Positions 50,758 to 60,574 of a stretch of DNA of 64,000 bases are shown one piece after another. A program made the translations under genes and the position numbers. Positions within the stretch are counted from its first letter, which is position 1. Each line of letters begins with the position of its first letter. The notes beneath the pieces are model-generated. The model was not told where the DNA came from, did no database searches, and saw only the letters and a list, made by a program, of their open reading frames with translations. The DNA comes from an uncultured Gemmatimonadaceae bacterium (GTDB lineage Bacteria > Gemmatimonadota > Gemmatimonadetes > Gemmatimonadales > Gemmatimonadaceae): contig CAVUDW010000003.1 of NCBI GenBank assembly GCA_963740355.1, forward strand, positions 608,001 through 672,000. Direction: 5' to 3'.

Positions 50758-51105
50758 TGGCGACCGCGAGCACGTAAACATTCAGACAAGCTCAGCAGAA
50801 GTCTTGTGATCCCCCCGTGATTCGGGCCTGTCGGCGACAGACTGCTGGCCAGTAACTGGTGGTTCAGTCTGACGTTACGTTCATGAACGTGTTTCGCATC
50901 TGAGACAGTGTGGTAGTTTGTGGGAGCCTTGGATTGACCGCATCTTCCCTCGCGAGCCCGGCTTTCGACCGGCATTTACTTCCCCTACGGTAATCGCCCT
51001 GTTGTAACTGTGATGGCTACACGCAACACCGCTGTAGGGGGACTGCCACATGAGAAATGATCAATCATTCAATGCCACAGCCGGCGAGCTAGGGCCGTGG
51101 GACTC

Positions 51106-52203
51106 TTAAGCTACGGCGTCCCCTTCAGGCTGCGTCCCCTGAATCCAAGACGGTAGTCGACGGACGAGGGACCGTTCCAGCCACTTCGGGGCAGAGCCGG
51201 TATTGGGGCGTCGCAAAACAAGAAACAGCGCGGGCAGGTAGGTGCACACGATTGCGAACGGACGGATCGTATCTACGAAATCGCCGTGGCCCGGCGCGTA
51301 GATCGACCACGCCGTAAAGCCAAGAAGAGTCACGAGCAGAGTGCCGATGACTTCCCGCCGCCCCTGCGGAACTAGCATCAGGGGTAGCTGATCAGCCCAG
51401 TAGGGGAGTTGTGGTACGCACGCCATCCCCACCAGCAAACGGGCCTCCGGTCGGCGCCAGCGCAAGAGCGCGAACAGAAAGACGATCCCGCCGCCAGAAA
51501 AAAGGGTGATCGGCATCGGATGCGGAGTCACGCGCCCCATGTTGCTCATTACGCCGTGAAGCCAGCCCCACACCCACCAAGGTGCGAAAAGTGTCGGTAT
51601 CACGAATGTACCCGCGCATACGAAAGCCGACCGCCAGCGCACACGGGCCACGAACATCGGCAAGCCAAGATTCGGCTTCGTTACCAGCAGACCAGCTAGT
51701 GAGGGGTAGAACCACGCCGCGCACAGCACAGGCGACCATTGGCCAAAGCGCATTGCGAACATGAACGGTACACTGCCGCTCATCCACGCATGGTGAAGTC
51801 CCCCGCGCGTGATTGCGAAGACGAAGCAAAACGCTCCGAGTGCGTTAAAAGCCGTCGACGCCACGAGGAAGGGCAGAAACGCGAGCGGCAACCAGAGCAA
51901 TACAGCAGGCAACGGGTAGTACAGCGGCTCCGTAAAGGGTATTCGCCATGAAGCTTCAGCGTGCGCTCCGATGATGGCGGCTGGATTGCGCCACACCGCG
52001 TCACTCCAGGGATCGGCCCCCGCAGCAAGGATCCTCGCAGCACGCCACAGGACGAGTGAATCGGGGGCGGCGCCATGGTCGAGAAGGTAACCATGTTGAA
52101 GCCAGGTATATGCCGCGCAGATGCTCGCGATTAACGCTGCGAGCATGAGTCGCAGCCGCCGGTCTGGCAGCTCAGGGCCGGCAGCGCGCGTCACCGGTAT
52201 CAC
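51106..52203 (-). CDS. Polytopic membrane protein, GT-C/GT87 (DUF2029)-like glycosyltransferase
   Basis: PDSLVLWRAARILAAGADPW, EPLYYPLP, FGQWS, TKPNLG motif order is typical of GT87-like proteins. Confidence 0.6.
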   Translation of the reverse strand: MIPVTRAAGPELPDRRLRLMLAALIASICAAYTWLQHGYLLDHGAAPDSLVLWRAARILAAGADPWSDAVWRNPAAIIGAHAEASWRIPFTEPLYYPLPAVLLWLPLAFLPFLVASTAFNALGAFCFVFAITRGGLHHAWMSGSVPFMFAMRFGQWSPVLCAAWFYPSLAGLLVTKPNLGLPMFVARVRWRSAFVCAGTFVIPTLFAPWWVWGWLHGVMSNMGRVTPHPMPITLFSGGGIVFLFALLRWRRPEARLLVGMACVPQLPYWADQLPLMLVPQGRREVIGTLLVTLLGFTAWSIYAPGHGDFVDTIRPFAIVCTYLPALFLVLRRPNTGSAPKWLERSLVRRLPSWIQGTQPEGDAVA

Positions 52204-53276
52204 TTAGGATGATGCGAGGAGGCTTCGACCGATACCGCTTCAGGCACGACCGCAGTCGTCCCTTGCAACCACGCCGGCAGGTGAGCCGCCAAACTCTCAA
52301 CCACTTTCGGAACATTGCCGGCGTTTGGACGCAGGAGCACGATCAGCAGCGCTGGCAGGTAGGTTCCCGCCTGTGCGTAAGGCTGCATAACCGGGACATA
52401 GAACGCGACCTTTGGCGCAATCGCGTACCAGAGAAGAAATGCAACATGCCCGGTCAGGACTGTCCAGATGACCTCTCGTTGCGAAACCGCGACGGTGTTG
52501 AGCGGCAGTTGGTCTGCCCAGAACGGTAGCTGCGGGACACACGAAAAGAACGCGACGAGCCGTGCTTCGGGCCGTCGCCACCGCAGCAGGGCAGCGAGCG
52601 TGATGATCCCGGCACCACCGAATGCCCGGATTGGCGCGGGGTGTGGAGCGCCTGAGCTACCAAGGGACCCCGATACGTTTCTCCACCAGGCGAGCGGCCA
52701 GCCCGGCGCAATCGCGATGGAGAGCACGAGGATCGCCGTGCATCCGAGAATCATCGCCCGCGTCGGCCTGGCGAGAAGCAATGGCAGGCCGAGATTCGGC
52801 TTTGCCACCAAGATAAACGAGAGGAAGGGAATGGCGGCGGCCGCCACCAGCCACGTCGACCACTGCCCGAATCGCAGCACCACGATGAAGGGAACGCCGC
52901 CGCAGAGCCAGAGGCGGTGCAATCCCCCCCTAGACACCGCGAATGCGAAGAGGGCCGCGCCGAAAGCGCCGAACGCGACACTGCCAACGATGAAGGAGCC
53001 GAGGGCAAATGGTGCCCAGATCAGGAGGGCCGGCAGTGGATAGTAGAGGGGCTCGAGACGCTCCACCCATGCTGACGGATCGGCAGTCGCGATCGGGATC
53101 TGCGTCCAGACCGCAGCGTCATATGGGTTGCCGCCACCAAGCAGAATTTTGGCTCCCCGCCACAGCACTAGTGAGTCGGGCGTATCGCCCGACGCCATCA
53201 TGCTCGACTGTGTCAGATACATGAAGACCGCAGCCGCTACGCCAACAAGGAGGGCAGCGACGAGGCGACTTCGCAT
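52200..53276 (-). CDS. Paralogous GT-C/GT87-like membrane protein (start could be 53333)
   Basis: PDSLVLWRGAKILLGGGNPY, EPLYYPLP, FGQWS, AKPNLG, RWRRPEARL shared with its neighbour; GTGA overlap. Confidence 0.6.
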   Translation of the reverse strand: MRSRLVAALLVGVAAAVFMYLTQSSMMASGDTPDSLVLWRGAKILLGGGNPYDAAVWTQIPIATADPSAWVERLEPLYYPLPALLIWAPFALGSFIVGSVAFGAFGAALFAFAVSRGGLHRLWLCGGVPFIVVLRFGQWSTWLVAAAAIPFLSFILVAKPNLGLPLLLARPTRAMILGCTAILVLSIAIAPGWPLAWWRNVSGSLGSSGAPHPAPIRAFGGAGIITLAALLRWRRPEARLVAFFSCVPQLPFWADQLPLNTVAVSQREVIWTVLTGHVAFLLWYAIAPKVAFYVPVMQPYAQAGTYLPALLIVLLRPNAGNVPKVVESLAAHLPAWLQGTTAVVPEAVSVEASSHHPK

Positions 53277-53426
53277 GGATGGTCCACGGGCATCCCTCGT
53301 CTCAGGCCCGTCAGTGATTCCGATGCGATTCATCTTGGCAAGTTGCTTGCGGTGCGAGGCCAGACGCAAATGGCCGCTCGCGTCGGCACACGCGATCACG
53401 AGCGAGCCACGTCGACGTCGAGCGCC

Positions 53427-55034
53427 TCACCAGTCCGTCGGCACGTAGTTCTTGAGAAACTGGCCCCACACATGCTTGCCTGTGTTCACGCCATCGATGA
53501 TCGGATCCACGATACGCGCCGCACCGTCGACGATGTCGAGCGGTGGGTGAAAACGATGCTCGGCCGTTTTCCGCGCCGCGATCGCCGCCGGATCCTCGTC
53601 GGTCACCCAGCCGGTGTCCACACTGTTCATGTGGATCCCATCGGTGAAATAGTCGGCCGCCGACGTACGCGTCATCATGTTGAGCGCGGCCTTGGCCATG
53701 TTGGTGTGCGGATGCCGGGTGGTCTTGAAGCGCCGGTAGAACTGGCCTTCCACTGCGGAGACGTTCACGATGTGCTTGTCGCGCCCCGGCGACTTCTGCA
53801 GCAGCGGCTTGAGGCGCGCATTGATGAGGAAGGGGGCCACCGCGTTCACTAATTGGACCTCGAGCAATTCTACGGCTGGCACTTCGTCCATCTGCAGGCG
53901 CCAGCTGTTGCGATCACGCAGGTCGACCTGCTGCATGTCCTGATCGAGTCGGCCCACAGGGAACAGGGCCTGCTGTGCCTCGTGCTCCTCGTCGAGCAGC
54001 TTCACCTGCGAGAGCTGCGCGGCGTGCGTCACGCCAACCGCGCCCGAGAGCTCAGGTGCCAACACGGCATCGCTTCCCTTCCCTTCTGGCAGCATGTTGT
54101 AGCCACGCACCCCTTCGTACGCACCGAGGAGGCGGCGAACCGACTCAGGCATGGCCCCGATGGACGCATTCTCGATGTCCATCATGTGCTGATAGAAATC
54201 GGGCGGACGCCGCACTGTCTGACAGGCGTTGTTTACGATGAAGTCGAGCCGATCACGTGTCGCCACCAGGTGAGCACAAAACGCCTCCACGCTCGGTGTG
54301 TGCCGCAGGTCGAGGCCGAAGATCTCGAGCCGGTCGCCCCAGTCGGCGAAGTCGGGCTCGGCCGCGTAGCGCGCGGCAGAATCGCGCGGAAATCGCGTGG
54401 TGACGATCAGCTGTGCGCCAGCGCGAAGCAACTTGATGCCCGCCTGATATCCGATCTTGACGCGCCCACCGGTCAGCAGCGCCACCCGGCCACGGAGATC
54501 AGCCGTTTCCGTTCGCTTCGCGTAGTTGAACGCTGCGCAGGACGGGCACATTTGATCATAGAAGTGGTGCAGCTCGGTGTAGTCCCGCTTGCAGACGTAG
54601 CAGTTGAGCGTCTCCGACGCGTGCAGCGCATCGAGCTCCTCGCTGACCGTTTCCTGCACGAAGTCGGCAGGCGCGAACAAGCGGGGAGTGATGAAGACCT
54701 CTTCGCGGCGAAGCTTCCGGATTCCGGTGTCCTGCAGCACCGATTCGGCCCGCTGGGTCCGTTCGGCCTTCCGCTGGTTGCGCGTCGCCTTCACAAGGCG
54801 CCGGCGGGCGAGTGCGTCCGGACGCGAGACCTCGCCGGCGGCTTGGAGGAGCCGCGTGCGATCCTCCGGAGTCATCCGCGCCAGCAGGGCGCGGTCAGCG
54901 GCGATGTCTTCGAGCAATCGCGCTGCCTCTCGCGCCAGGCGCCCCAAGTCCTGGCGCGCAGCGATTCCACCGATCGGTGCTTGAGCGGGATGTGCCGGCA
55001 ACTCATCCCCAGATGACCCTCTAAAATCAGACAT
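53427..55034 (-). CDS. SDR family oxidoreductase with N-terminal CxxC..CxxC domain
   Basis: CYVCK..CPSC; LTGGRVKIG, NNAC, VNVSAVEG, HPHTNMAKAAL, SVDTGW. Confidence 0.85.
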   Translation of the reverse strand: MSDFRGSSGDELPAHPAQAPIGGIAARQDLGRLAREAARLLEDIAADRALLARMTPEDRTRLLQAAGEVSRPDALARRRLVKATRNQRKAERTQRAESVLQDTGIRKLRREEVFITPRLFAPADFVQETVSEELDALHASETLNCYVCKRDYTELHHFYDQMCPSCAAFNYAKRTETADLRGRVALLTGGRVKIGYQAGIKLLRAGAQLIVTTRFPRDSAARYAAEPDFADWGDRLEIFGLDLRHTPSVEAFCAHLVATRDRLDFIVNNACQTVRRPPDFYQHMMDIENASIGAMPESVRRLLGAYEGVRGYNMLPEGKGSDAVLAPELSGAVGVTHAAQLSQVKLLDEEHEAQQALFPVGRLDQDMQQVDLRDRNSWRLQMDEVPAVELLEVQLVNAVAPFLINARLKPLLQKSPGRDKHIVNVSAVEGQFYRRFKTTRHPHTNMAKAALNMMTRTSAADYFTDGIHMNSVDTGWVTDEDPAAIAARKTAEHRFHPPLDIVDGAARIVDPIIDGVNTGKHVWGQFLKNYVPTDW

Positions 55035-55112
55035 TCTGGAAATCTAGTGCACTTGGGCGAGCTCGGTCACGCTCGCCGCACCGAACCTTGCAACCTGGCA
55101 CTCAACGGGAAG

Positions 55113-56189
55113 CTATGCCGGAGCAGGTGCGGCCAATGGGCGCGCCACGCTCCAAAATGCGATGAGCGCCAGGACCACTCCGACCGGAAGCAGAGGCGTG
55201 ACCATCATCCCCCAGTAGACGTTCGCCGGGCGGCCGAACAGCAGGAAAGTACCAAGCATGCCGACCAGATAGAGACTGGCGCGATTCGATATCGGGTGCG
55301 CCCAGGAAAGCCAACCGACGAGCGCCACGGGAACCAACACCGCGACTACCCAGTGTGGCGCGTTCACGAGAAAAGAATTCCCCTGCACGAGCCGCAATAC
55401 GAACGGCCATCCTCCGGCAGCCAGCCAAGCAGGCCCCCGCGTGTCAGTTGCGAGTTGCACAGCCGCAACGTTCCGGGCGTGGAGGTAAAGGAGCATGAGA
55501 AACACCCCGATGCTAATGGCCCACCCGACACCCTCGCGCCACCTGCGCTCTAGCAGCGCCATCGCGAGCATGACGAGCAGGCAGGGAGCGGCCAGCTCGC
55601 GGAGAGCGGCCGCCGTCAGGGCAGAGCCCAGACTCACCCACCATGTCCGCGGTGACCACGCGGCGATCGCCAGCACCACCAGGATCCCCGCCCACGACTC
55701 GTGAAAAAGCACACTCGTCGAGGTCGCGGCAATCGACACGGCGGCGAGCAATGCGCCTAGGAGCGCCAACACTCGGTTGCTCATGATGTTGCGCAGCCTG
55801 ACCGTGACCGTAATTGCGGTCACGGCGGCGAGAGCCTGAAGAAGCAGGAGACCTCGTTCGAGTCCGAACGCCGCCAACATTCGAGCAAGCAGCGGCGGTC
55901 GAACGGTGAGGAACGGAATGAGGGCACCACCGCGCCTGCGAAGCTCTTCTGCGCTGCCGACGTAGAAGTCGTCGCCCTTTTGCAGGCGGGCGATCACATC
56001 ACGATAGAAGGCGGCGTCACCCGTATATGCCTTCTCCGCACTGAGCGGCTTGGGCGCCGCTGCTGGATCAGCGAGCACGCCGTAGGCAATCATCGCGAAC
56101 ATGAAACACAACGCAATGGCTTTGGTACGCCGCGATGCAGCTGCGAACCGGTTCAGGGGCCGATCATGATCGCGCATCACACTTGGCAA
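55113..56189 (-). CDS. Polytopic membrane protein, possible GT-C fold
   Basis: TM1 then GDAAFY..GDDFY..VRPP loop, HESW, LRELAAP, GWPF, GRPANVYWG. Confidence 0.5.
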   Translation of the reverse strand: MPSVMRDHDRPLNRFAAASRRTKAIALCFMFAMIAYGVLADPAAAPKPLSAEKAYTGDAAFYRDVIARLQKGDDFYVGSAEELRRRGGALIPFLTVRPPLLARMLAAFGLERGLLLLQALAAVTAITVTVRLRNIMSNRVLALLGALLAAVSIAATSTSVLFHESWAGILVVLAIAAWSPRTWWVSLGSALTAAALRELAAPCLLVMLAMALLERRWREGVGWAISIGVFLMLLYLHARNVAAVQLATDTRGPAWLAAGGWPFVLRLVQGNSFLVNAPHWVVAVLVPVALVGWLSWAHPISNRASLYLVGMLGTFLLFGRPANVYWGMMVTPLLPVGVVLALIAFWSVARPLAAPAPA

Positions 56190-56246
56190 CTCGAAGAGTA
56201 AGCTGAGAACGTTCGGAGTGAGGGCGCGACTCCGCAGCCGCGACGT

Positions 56247-57290
56247 CTATTGCGCGGTGCCGCGCGCTCTGTTGAAGGCCGTGCGCAGCGCGTTTGGAGC
56301 AAGTGGCAGACCAACGAGAAGGAGTGACGTCAGCAGCATGCCCCAGTACGCTGTGTTCGGCCGCCCAACCACCAGAAACGCGACGATGAATCCACCAAGG
56401 TACAAGGTCACGCGGTGCGCCAGAGGATGGTTCCAACTGAACCAGCCAAGCAACGCCAGCGGCACGACGATCGCCACCAACCAGGGAGGCGCAATGATAA
56501 GCGCAGAGTTTTCGTGCACGATTCGGAGAATGAATGGCCAGCCGCCACTGCCAAGCCACCCTGGAGAGGCCTTGTCAGCCATCGTGATGACCTCTTTCAC
56601 TCGCGCGGCGTGTATCCAGAGGCTGGCTGAAAAGACCGCCAGCGCACCAAGCCAGGCGAGCGCCTCGGCTCGCCGCCGCTCGTACAACGCCAGAACCAGC
56701 ATCACCACCAGGTAGGGCGCGACCAGCTCACGAAGTAGCGCGGCGGCAAGACCCAGCAGACAGGCGATCGGCCACGTTCGGCGCGACCAACACGCAAGCG
56801 AGAGCAGGATGAGCGCGCTCACCCAGACCTCGAACCAGAAAACCGGAACGTGGCGGACAGTGAGGAAGCTCAGCGCCGCGAGGGGTGTGGTGAGCTGCAG
56901 GGTACGGCCGTTCATCGTAAGCAACAGCCGTATGGCCATGACGACGGCGGAGAGTGTCACGAGCGCATCGAGCAGCTGTGCCATCGTGCGCCGGCCGCCA
57001 ACGGCGACACCCAGCCAGGTGAGGTACGGCGGACGCACGGTGACGAACGGTCGCAACGGGAACCCGCGATTTCGTTGCTCGGTGGATGTGGCCGCATAAA
57101 AATCCTCACCACTGGCCACCCGATCGAACACCGCGCCATAGAGCGCCAGATCCCGCTTCGTACTGTCTATTCCGGCGGAGCGAGGTGGAGGAGAGGATGG
57201 CCCGACGGCCCCAAGAACGGTCAGGGCGAGCGTCGCCAGCAGCGCCAGAACTGCCGCCCAGCGAGGCCACGCGTCGAAATGACTCAGCAT
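56247..57290 (-). CDS. Paralogous polytopic membrane protein, possible GT-C fold
   Basis: DLALY..GEDFY..VRPPY, FEVW, LRELVAP, GWPF, GRPNTAYWG shared with its neighbour. Confidence 0.5.
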   Translation of the reverse strand: MLSHFDAWPRWAAVLALLATLALTVLGAVGPSSPPPRSAGIDSTKRDLALYGAVFDRVASGEDFYAATSTEQRNRGFPLRPFVTVRPPYLTWLGVAVGGRRTMAQLLDALVTLSAVVMAIRLLLTMNGRTLQLTTPLAALSFLTVRHVPVFWFEVWVSALILLSLACWSRRTWPIACLLGLAAALLRELVAPYLVVMLVLALYERRRAEALAWLGALAVFSASLWIHAARVKEVITMADKASPGWLGSGGWPFILRIVHENSALIIAPPWLVAIVVPLALLGWFSWNHPLAHRVTLYLGGFIVAFLVVGRPNTAYWGMLLTSLLLVGLPLAPNALRTAFNRARGTAQ

Positions 57291-57886
57291 GAGGATGCGC
57301 CGGGCGCTTGCAGTGGCAAATGGTCAGTACCACGCTGACCCATCTCGTCTTGAAACGTCACCGTGTCTCTGTCGGTCCAGCCAGAGGCCACAATATCACC
57401 AGCCCGTTCGGCGCCTTCTCGAAAACGTCCCGATTGACCTTCTGGGAGCGGGACGTCCCGCATTATATCCATCGTATCGGAGCCGGCGACGGGTGAGCAC
57501 AGCGGGGCATGCGCGCTTGCCGGCCCTATGCAGCAGCAGCGTACACTTCTCTGTCGTTGTCCGGCCCAAAAGATCGCCGCGGGTACTGCAGTCGCTTCGC
57601 TGATCCAGTCCGGCACTGCCGCTAGGGTCAGGTCGCCGACGGGCAACATGGTCGGCCAATGGTGCCCATCGACCGCCGTCTGATGGGTTCGGTGATCGGA
57701 CATGCTGCAAAAACTAACCCGTCGTAACCGACCTCTGCCATTTGCTCGCTACCGCCGAACCGCACCAGGCGGTACCATCGAAGATCGCCCGCACCGCGTA
57801 ACGACCCTTTAGCTGGCCCCGACCGCCACACTCCAGCCGCCGTACCTCGATAGTCTGCAGCTCTCTCTCCCCAGCCGAGCCCGCTG

Positions 57887-59182
57887 ATGACCAGCCGTCG
57901 CGACTTCCTCAGTTCCGCCGCCTCACTTGCCGTCGTCCCGGCGTTCAATTCGCGCGCCTTCCGCCAGCTGGCCCGTGCCAGGGATGTGGCCGGCGGCCGG
58001 ACCGCTGCCAACCTCGCCGACGACGAGGCCTTCTGGTTCGAGATCCAGCGCGCCTTCGAGGTCGATCGCACCTGGGTGAACCTGAACAACGGCGGCGTCA
58101 GCCCGGCTCCGGCCATGGTCATCGACCAGTTGATCCGCGACATCAACTACAGCAACGAGATCCCGGTCGATCACATGTGGCGGCACCTGCAGCCGCGCAT
58201 GGAGAGCGTCCGACGCGAGCTGGCGACGGAATTCGGCTGCGATCCGGAAGAGATGGCGATCACACGCAATGCGTCCGAAGGCCTCGAGACGATGATCTTC
58301 GGTCTCGACCTCAAGCGCGGCGATGAAGTGATCATCAGCACTCAGAACTACGGCCGAATGATCAACGCTTGGGAACAACGTGTAAGACGCGAAGGGATCG
58401 TGCTGAAGCGGGTCCAGTTTGCCGTGCCGGTGGTGCGTGACGAGGATGTCGTGGCTGCATTCGCTGCCGCCATCACACCGCGCACGAAGGTGATCGAGAT
58501 CACGCACATCACTAACCTCACCGGCCAGATCCTGCCGGTGCGCAAGATCGTCGACATGGCGAAGGCGAAGGGCATCGAGGTGTTCGTGGACGGCGCACAT
58601 GCCTTCGCCCACTTCCCCTTCAAGCGCGACGAGCTCGGGGTGGACTACTACGCCACCAGCTTGCACAAATGGCTCTACGCACCGATCGGCACGGGCTTCC
58701 TCTACGTGCGCAAGGACAAGCAGAAAGCACTCTGGCCGCTGATGGCTGCGAACGTCAGTCAGGACAATGACATCCGGAAGTACGAGGAGATCGGCACGCA
58801 TCCGCAGGCGAACTTCAACGCGATTGCGGCGGCCATCGTCTTCCACCGCGGCATCGGATCCGATCGCAAGATTGCGCGCATGCGCTGGCTGCGTGACCGC
58901 TGGGCGAAGCGGCTGCTGGCCGAGGGCGGTGGACGGGTGAAAGTGCTCACCCCGCTCGATTCGCCGAACGGTGGCGGCATCGGCTTCTTCAATGTCGATG
59001 GCCTCGACCCGGTGAAGCTGGGTGGCTGGCTCTATTCAAAGCACAACATCGTGACCACGCCGATCGTGCACGAAAAGGAATTCATGGGCATTCGTGTCAC
59101 GCCCAACGTCTACACCACGCCGCAGGAGATCGACGTCTTCGCCGAGAAAGTGCTGGTGGCCATGAAGCAAGGCATCGCTTGA
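57887..59182 (+). CDS. Class V PLP-dependent enzyme (isopenicillin N epimerase / cysteine desulfhydrase-like) with TAT signal
   Basis: MTSRRDFL; LNNGGVSP, RNASEG, VDGAH, TSLHKWL. Confidence 0.88.
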   Translation: MTSRRDFLSSAASLAVVPAFNSRAFRQLARARDVAGGRTAANLADDEAFWFEIQRAFEVDRTWVNLNNGGVSPAPAMVIDQLIRDINYSNEIPVDHMWRHLQPRMESVRRELATEFGCDPEEMAITRNASEGLETMIFGLDLKRGDEVIISTQNYGRMINAWEQRVRREGIVLKRVQFAVPVVRDEDVVAAFAAAITPRTKVIEITHITNLTGQILPVRKIVDMAKAKGIEVFVDGAHAFAHFPFKRDELGVDYYATSLHKWLYAPIGTGFLYVRKDKQKALWPLMAANVSQDNDIRKYEEIGTHPQANFNAIAAAIVFHRGIGSDRKIARMRWLRDRWAKRLLAEGGGRVKVLTPLDSPNGGGIGFFNVDGLDPVKLGGWLYSKHNIVTTPIVHEKEFMGIRVTPNVYTTPQEIDVFAEKVLVAMKQGIA

Positions 59183-59209
59183 ACCACGAATCGCGGTAAA
59201 CAGCGACGG

Positions 59210-59259
59210 GGCACCATCAGGCGGCGATGCGCACGAATCATCGCCGCCTGAGTGCCTTT
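59210..59259. terminator. Hairpin between convergent genes (probable bidirectional terminator)
   Basis: TCAGGCGGCGATG (59217-59229) / CATCGCCGCCTGA (59239-59251), extended by GGCAC/GTGCC and TTT. Confidence 0.65.
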
Positions 59260-59281
59260 CGGCTGCGCCTGCGCCGACCGC

Positions 59282-60448
59282 CTACTGCGGCAAGCCGTCC
59301 CGCAAGATGCGCAGCACATTCCCGCCCATCACCTTCTCGATCTCGTCCGGCGTGAAGTGCAAGTTCAGCATCGCCTGTGTGATCTCGGCCAGCCCGTCGG
59401 TCGCGAAGGGCGTGCTGGTGGCGCCGTCGAAGTCGGAGCCAAGTCCGACATGATCGATGCCGGCGACGTCCACGGCGTGCCGAATGGCCTTCGCGATGGA
59501 GGCGGCGCCGAGCGTGCAGACGGCGGCGTCCCAGTAGCCGATGCCGACCACGCCACCGTTGGCGCTGATCGCCTTCAGCTGCTCGTCGGTCAGGTTGCGC
59601 GGGCCCGGACAGGTGGCAGCGACGCCGGTATGCGACACCACGATCGGCCGCTTCGCCATCGCCAGCACCTCGCTCACGGTCTGTGGCGATGCATGGGCGA
59701 CATCCACGAGGATGTGCAACGCCTCCATCCGCTCGATCACCTGCCTCCCAAGCGGCGTCAGGCCCGCGTGGGTGACACCATGGGCGGACGCGGCAACTTC
59801 ATTGTCGAAGAAATGCGTCAGGCCCATCATGCGGTAGCCATGCGCGAAGAGCGTGTCGACGCTTTCCAGCTTGCCATCGAGCGCATGCAACCCCTCGATG
59901 GCGAGCACCGCTCCATGAAAATCTGGTGACGACTTCCGGTTCTCGATGAATGAGTCCATCGAGGCCCGATCCGTGACCAGCATCAGGTGACCACCCGAGC
60001 GCGCCACCGCGTCATGCAATCGATCGGCCTGATGGATGGCGCGGGCGCGCAGGCTGGTCAGCGCGCCTATTGGCCAGCGCTGCACGATCGCGAGCAAGGT
60101 GATGTTGTCCGTGTCGCCGGTGTTGTGATCGTAGTTCATGTTCCGCGGTGTCTTCGTCACCACCGAGAACACTTGCAGCGCCACGTTGCCATCGGTGAGT
60201 CGCGGCACATCCACGTGCCCATGATCGGCACGTGCCAGAAGGTCCCTGCCCCACAGCAATTCGTCGGCGTGCATGTCGGCCACCGCCAGGGTGCGATGCA
60301 ACGCCGCGGCCGAGTCGCTGACGGTCACGTGCGGCGCGTCGACGACCTTGTTCATTCGTTTGTCGACGATTCCAGGCAGCACGGCGAACGCCGCGAACAG
60401 CGCCACGACCAGCAGTGCCAGAAAGCCTTTGATGATTCGACGCAGCAT
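59282..60448 (-). CDS. Membrane dipeptidase (peptidase M19)
   Basis: DMHAD, AIEG, LTHFFDN, VDVAHAS, VSHTG, RNLTD, GLGSDFDG; N-terminal anchor; ATG at 60448. Confidence 0.9.
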   Translation of the reverse strand: MLRRIIKGFLALLVVALFAAFAVLPGIVDKRMNKVVDAPHVTVSDSAAALHRTLAVADMHADELLWGRDLLARADHGHVDVPRLTDGNVALQVFSVVTKTPRNMNYDHNTGDTDNITLLAIVQRWPIGALTSLRARAIHQADRLHDAVARSGGHLMLVTDRASMDSFIENRKSSPDFHGAVLAIEGLHALDGKLESVDTLFAHGYRMMGLTHFFDNEVAASAHGVTHAGLTPLGRQVIERMEALHILVDVAHASPQTVSEVLAMAKRPIVVSHTGVAATCPGPRNLTDEQLKAISANGGVVGIGYWDAAVCTLGAASIAKAIRHAVDVAGIDHVGLGSDFDGATSTPFATDGLAEITQAMLNLHFTPDEIEKVMGGNVLRILRDGLPQ

Positions 60449-60574
60449 TCGGGGCAGGTTCGGGACTACGAAAGCAATCCTGCGGTGCCGCCGCCGGCAA
60501 CGGACCGGCATTTCGACGGGAATCGTCGTGCCCTGCTTGCCGGACGGTGCGACGGCACTGAAGTTCGCACCACC

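Noticed and set aside
57284..57703. 139-aa ORF upstream of the GT-C-like pair
   Set aside because: No recognisable motif or RBS; probably a divergent promoter region.
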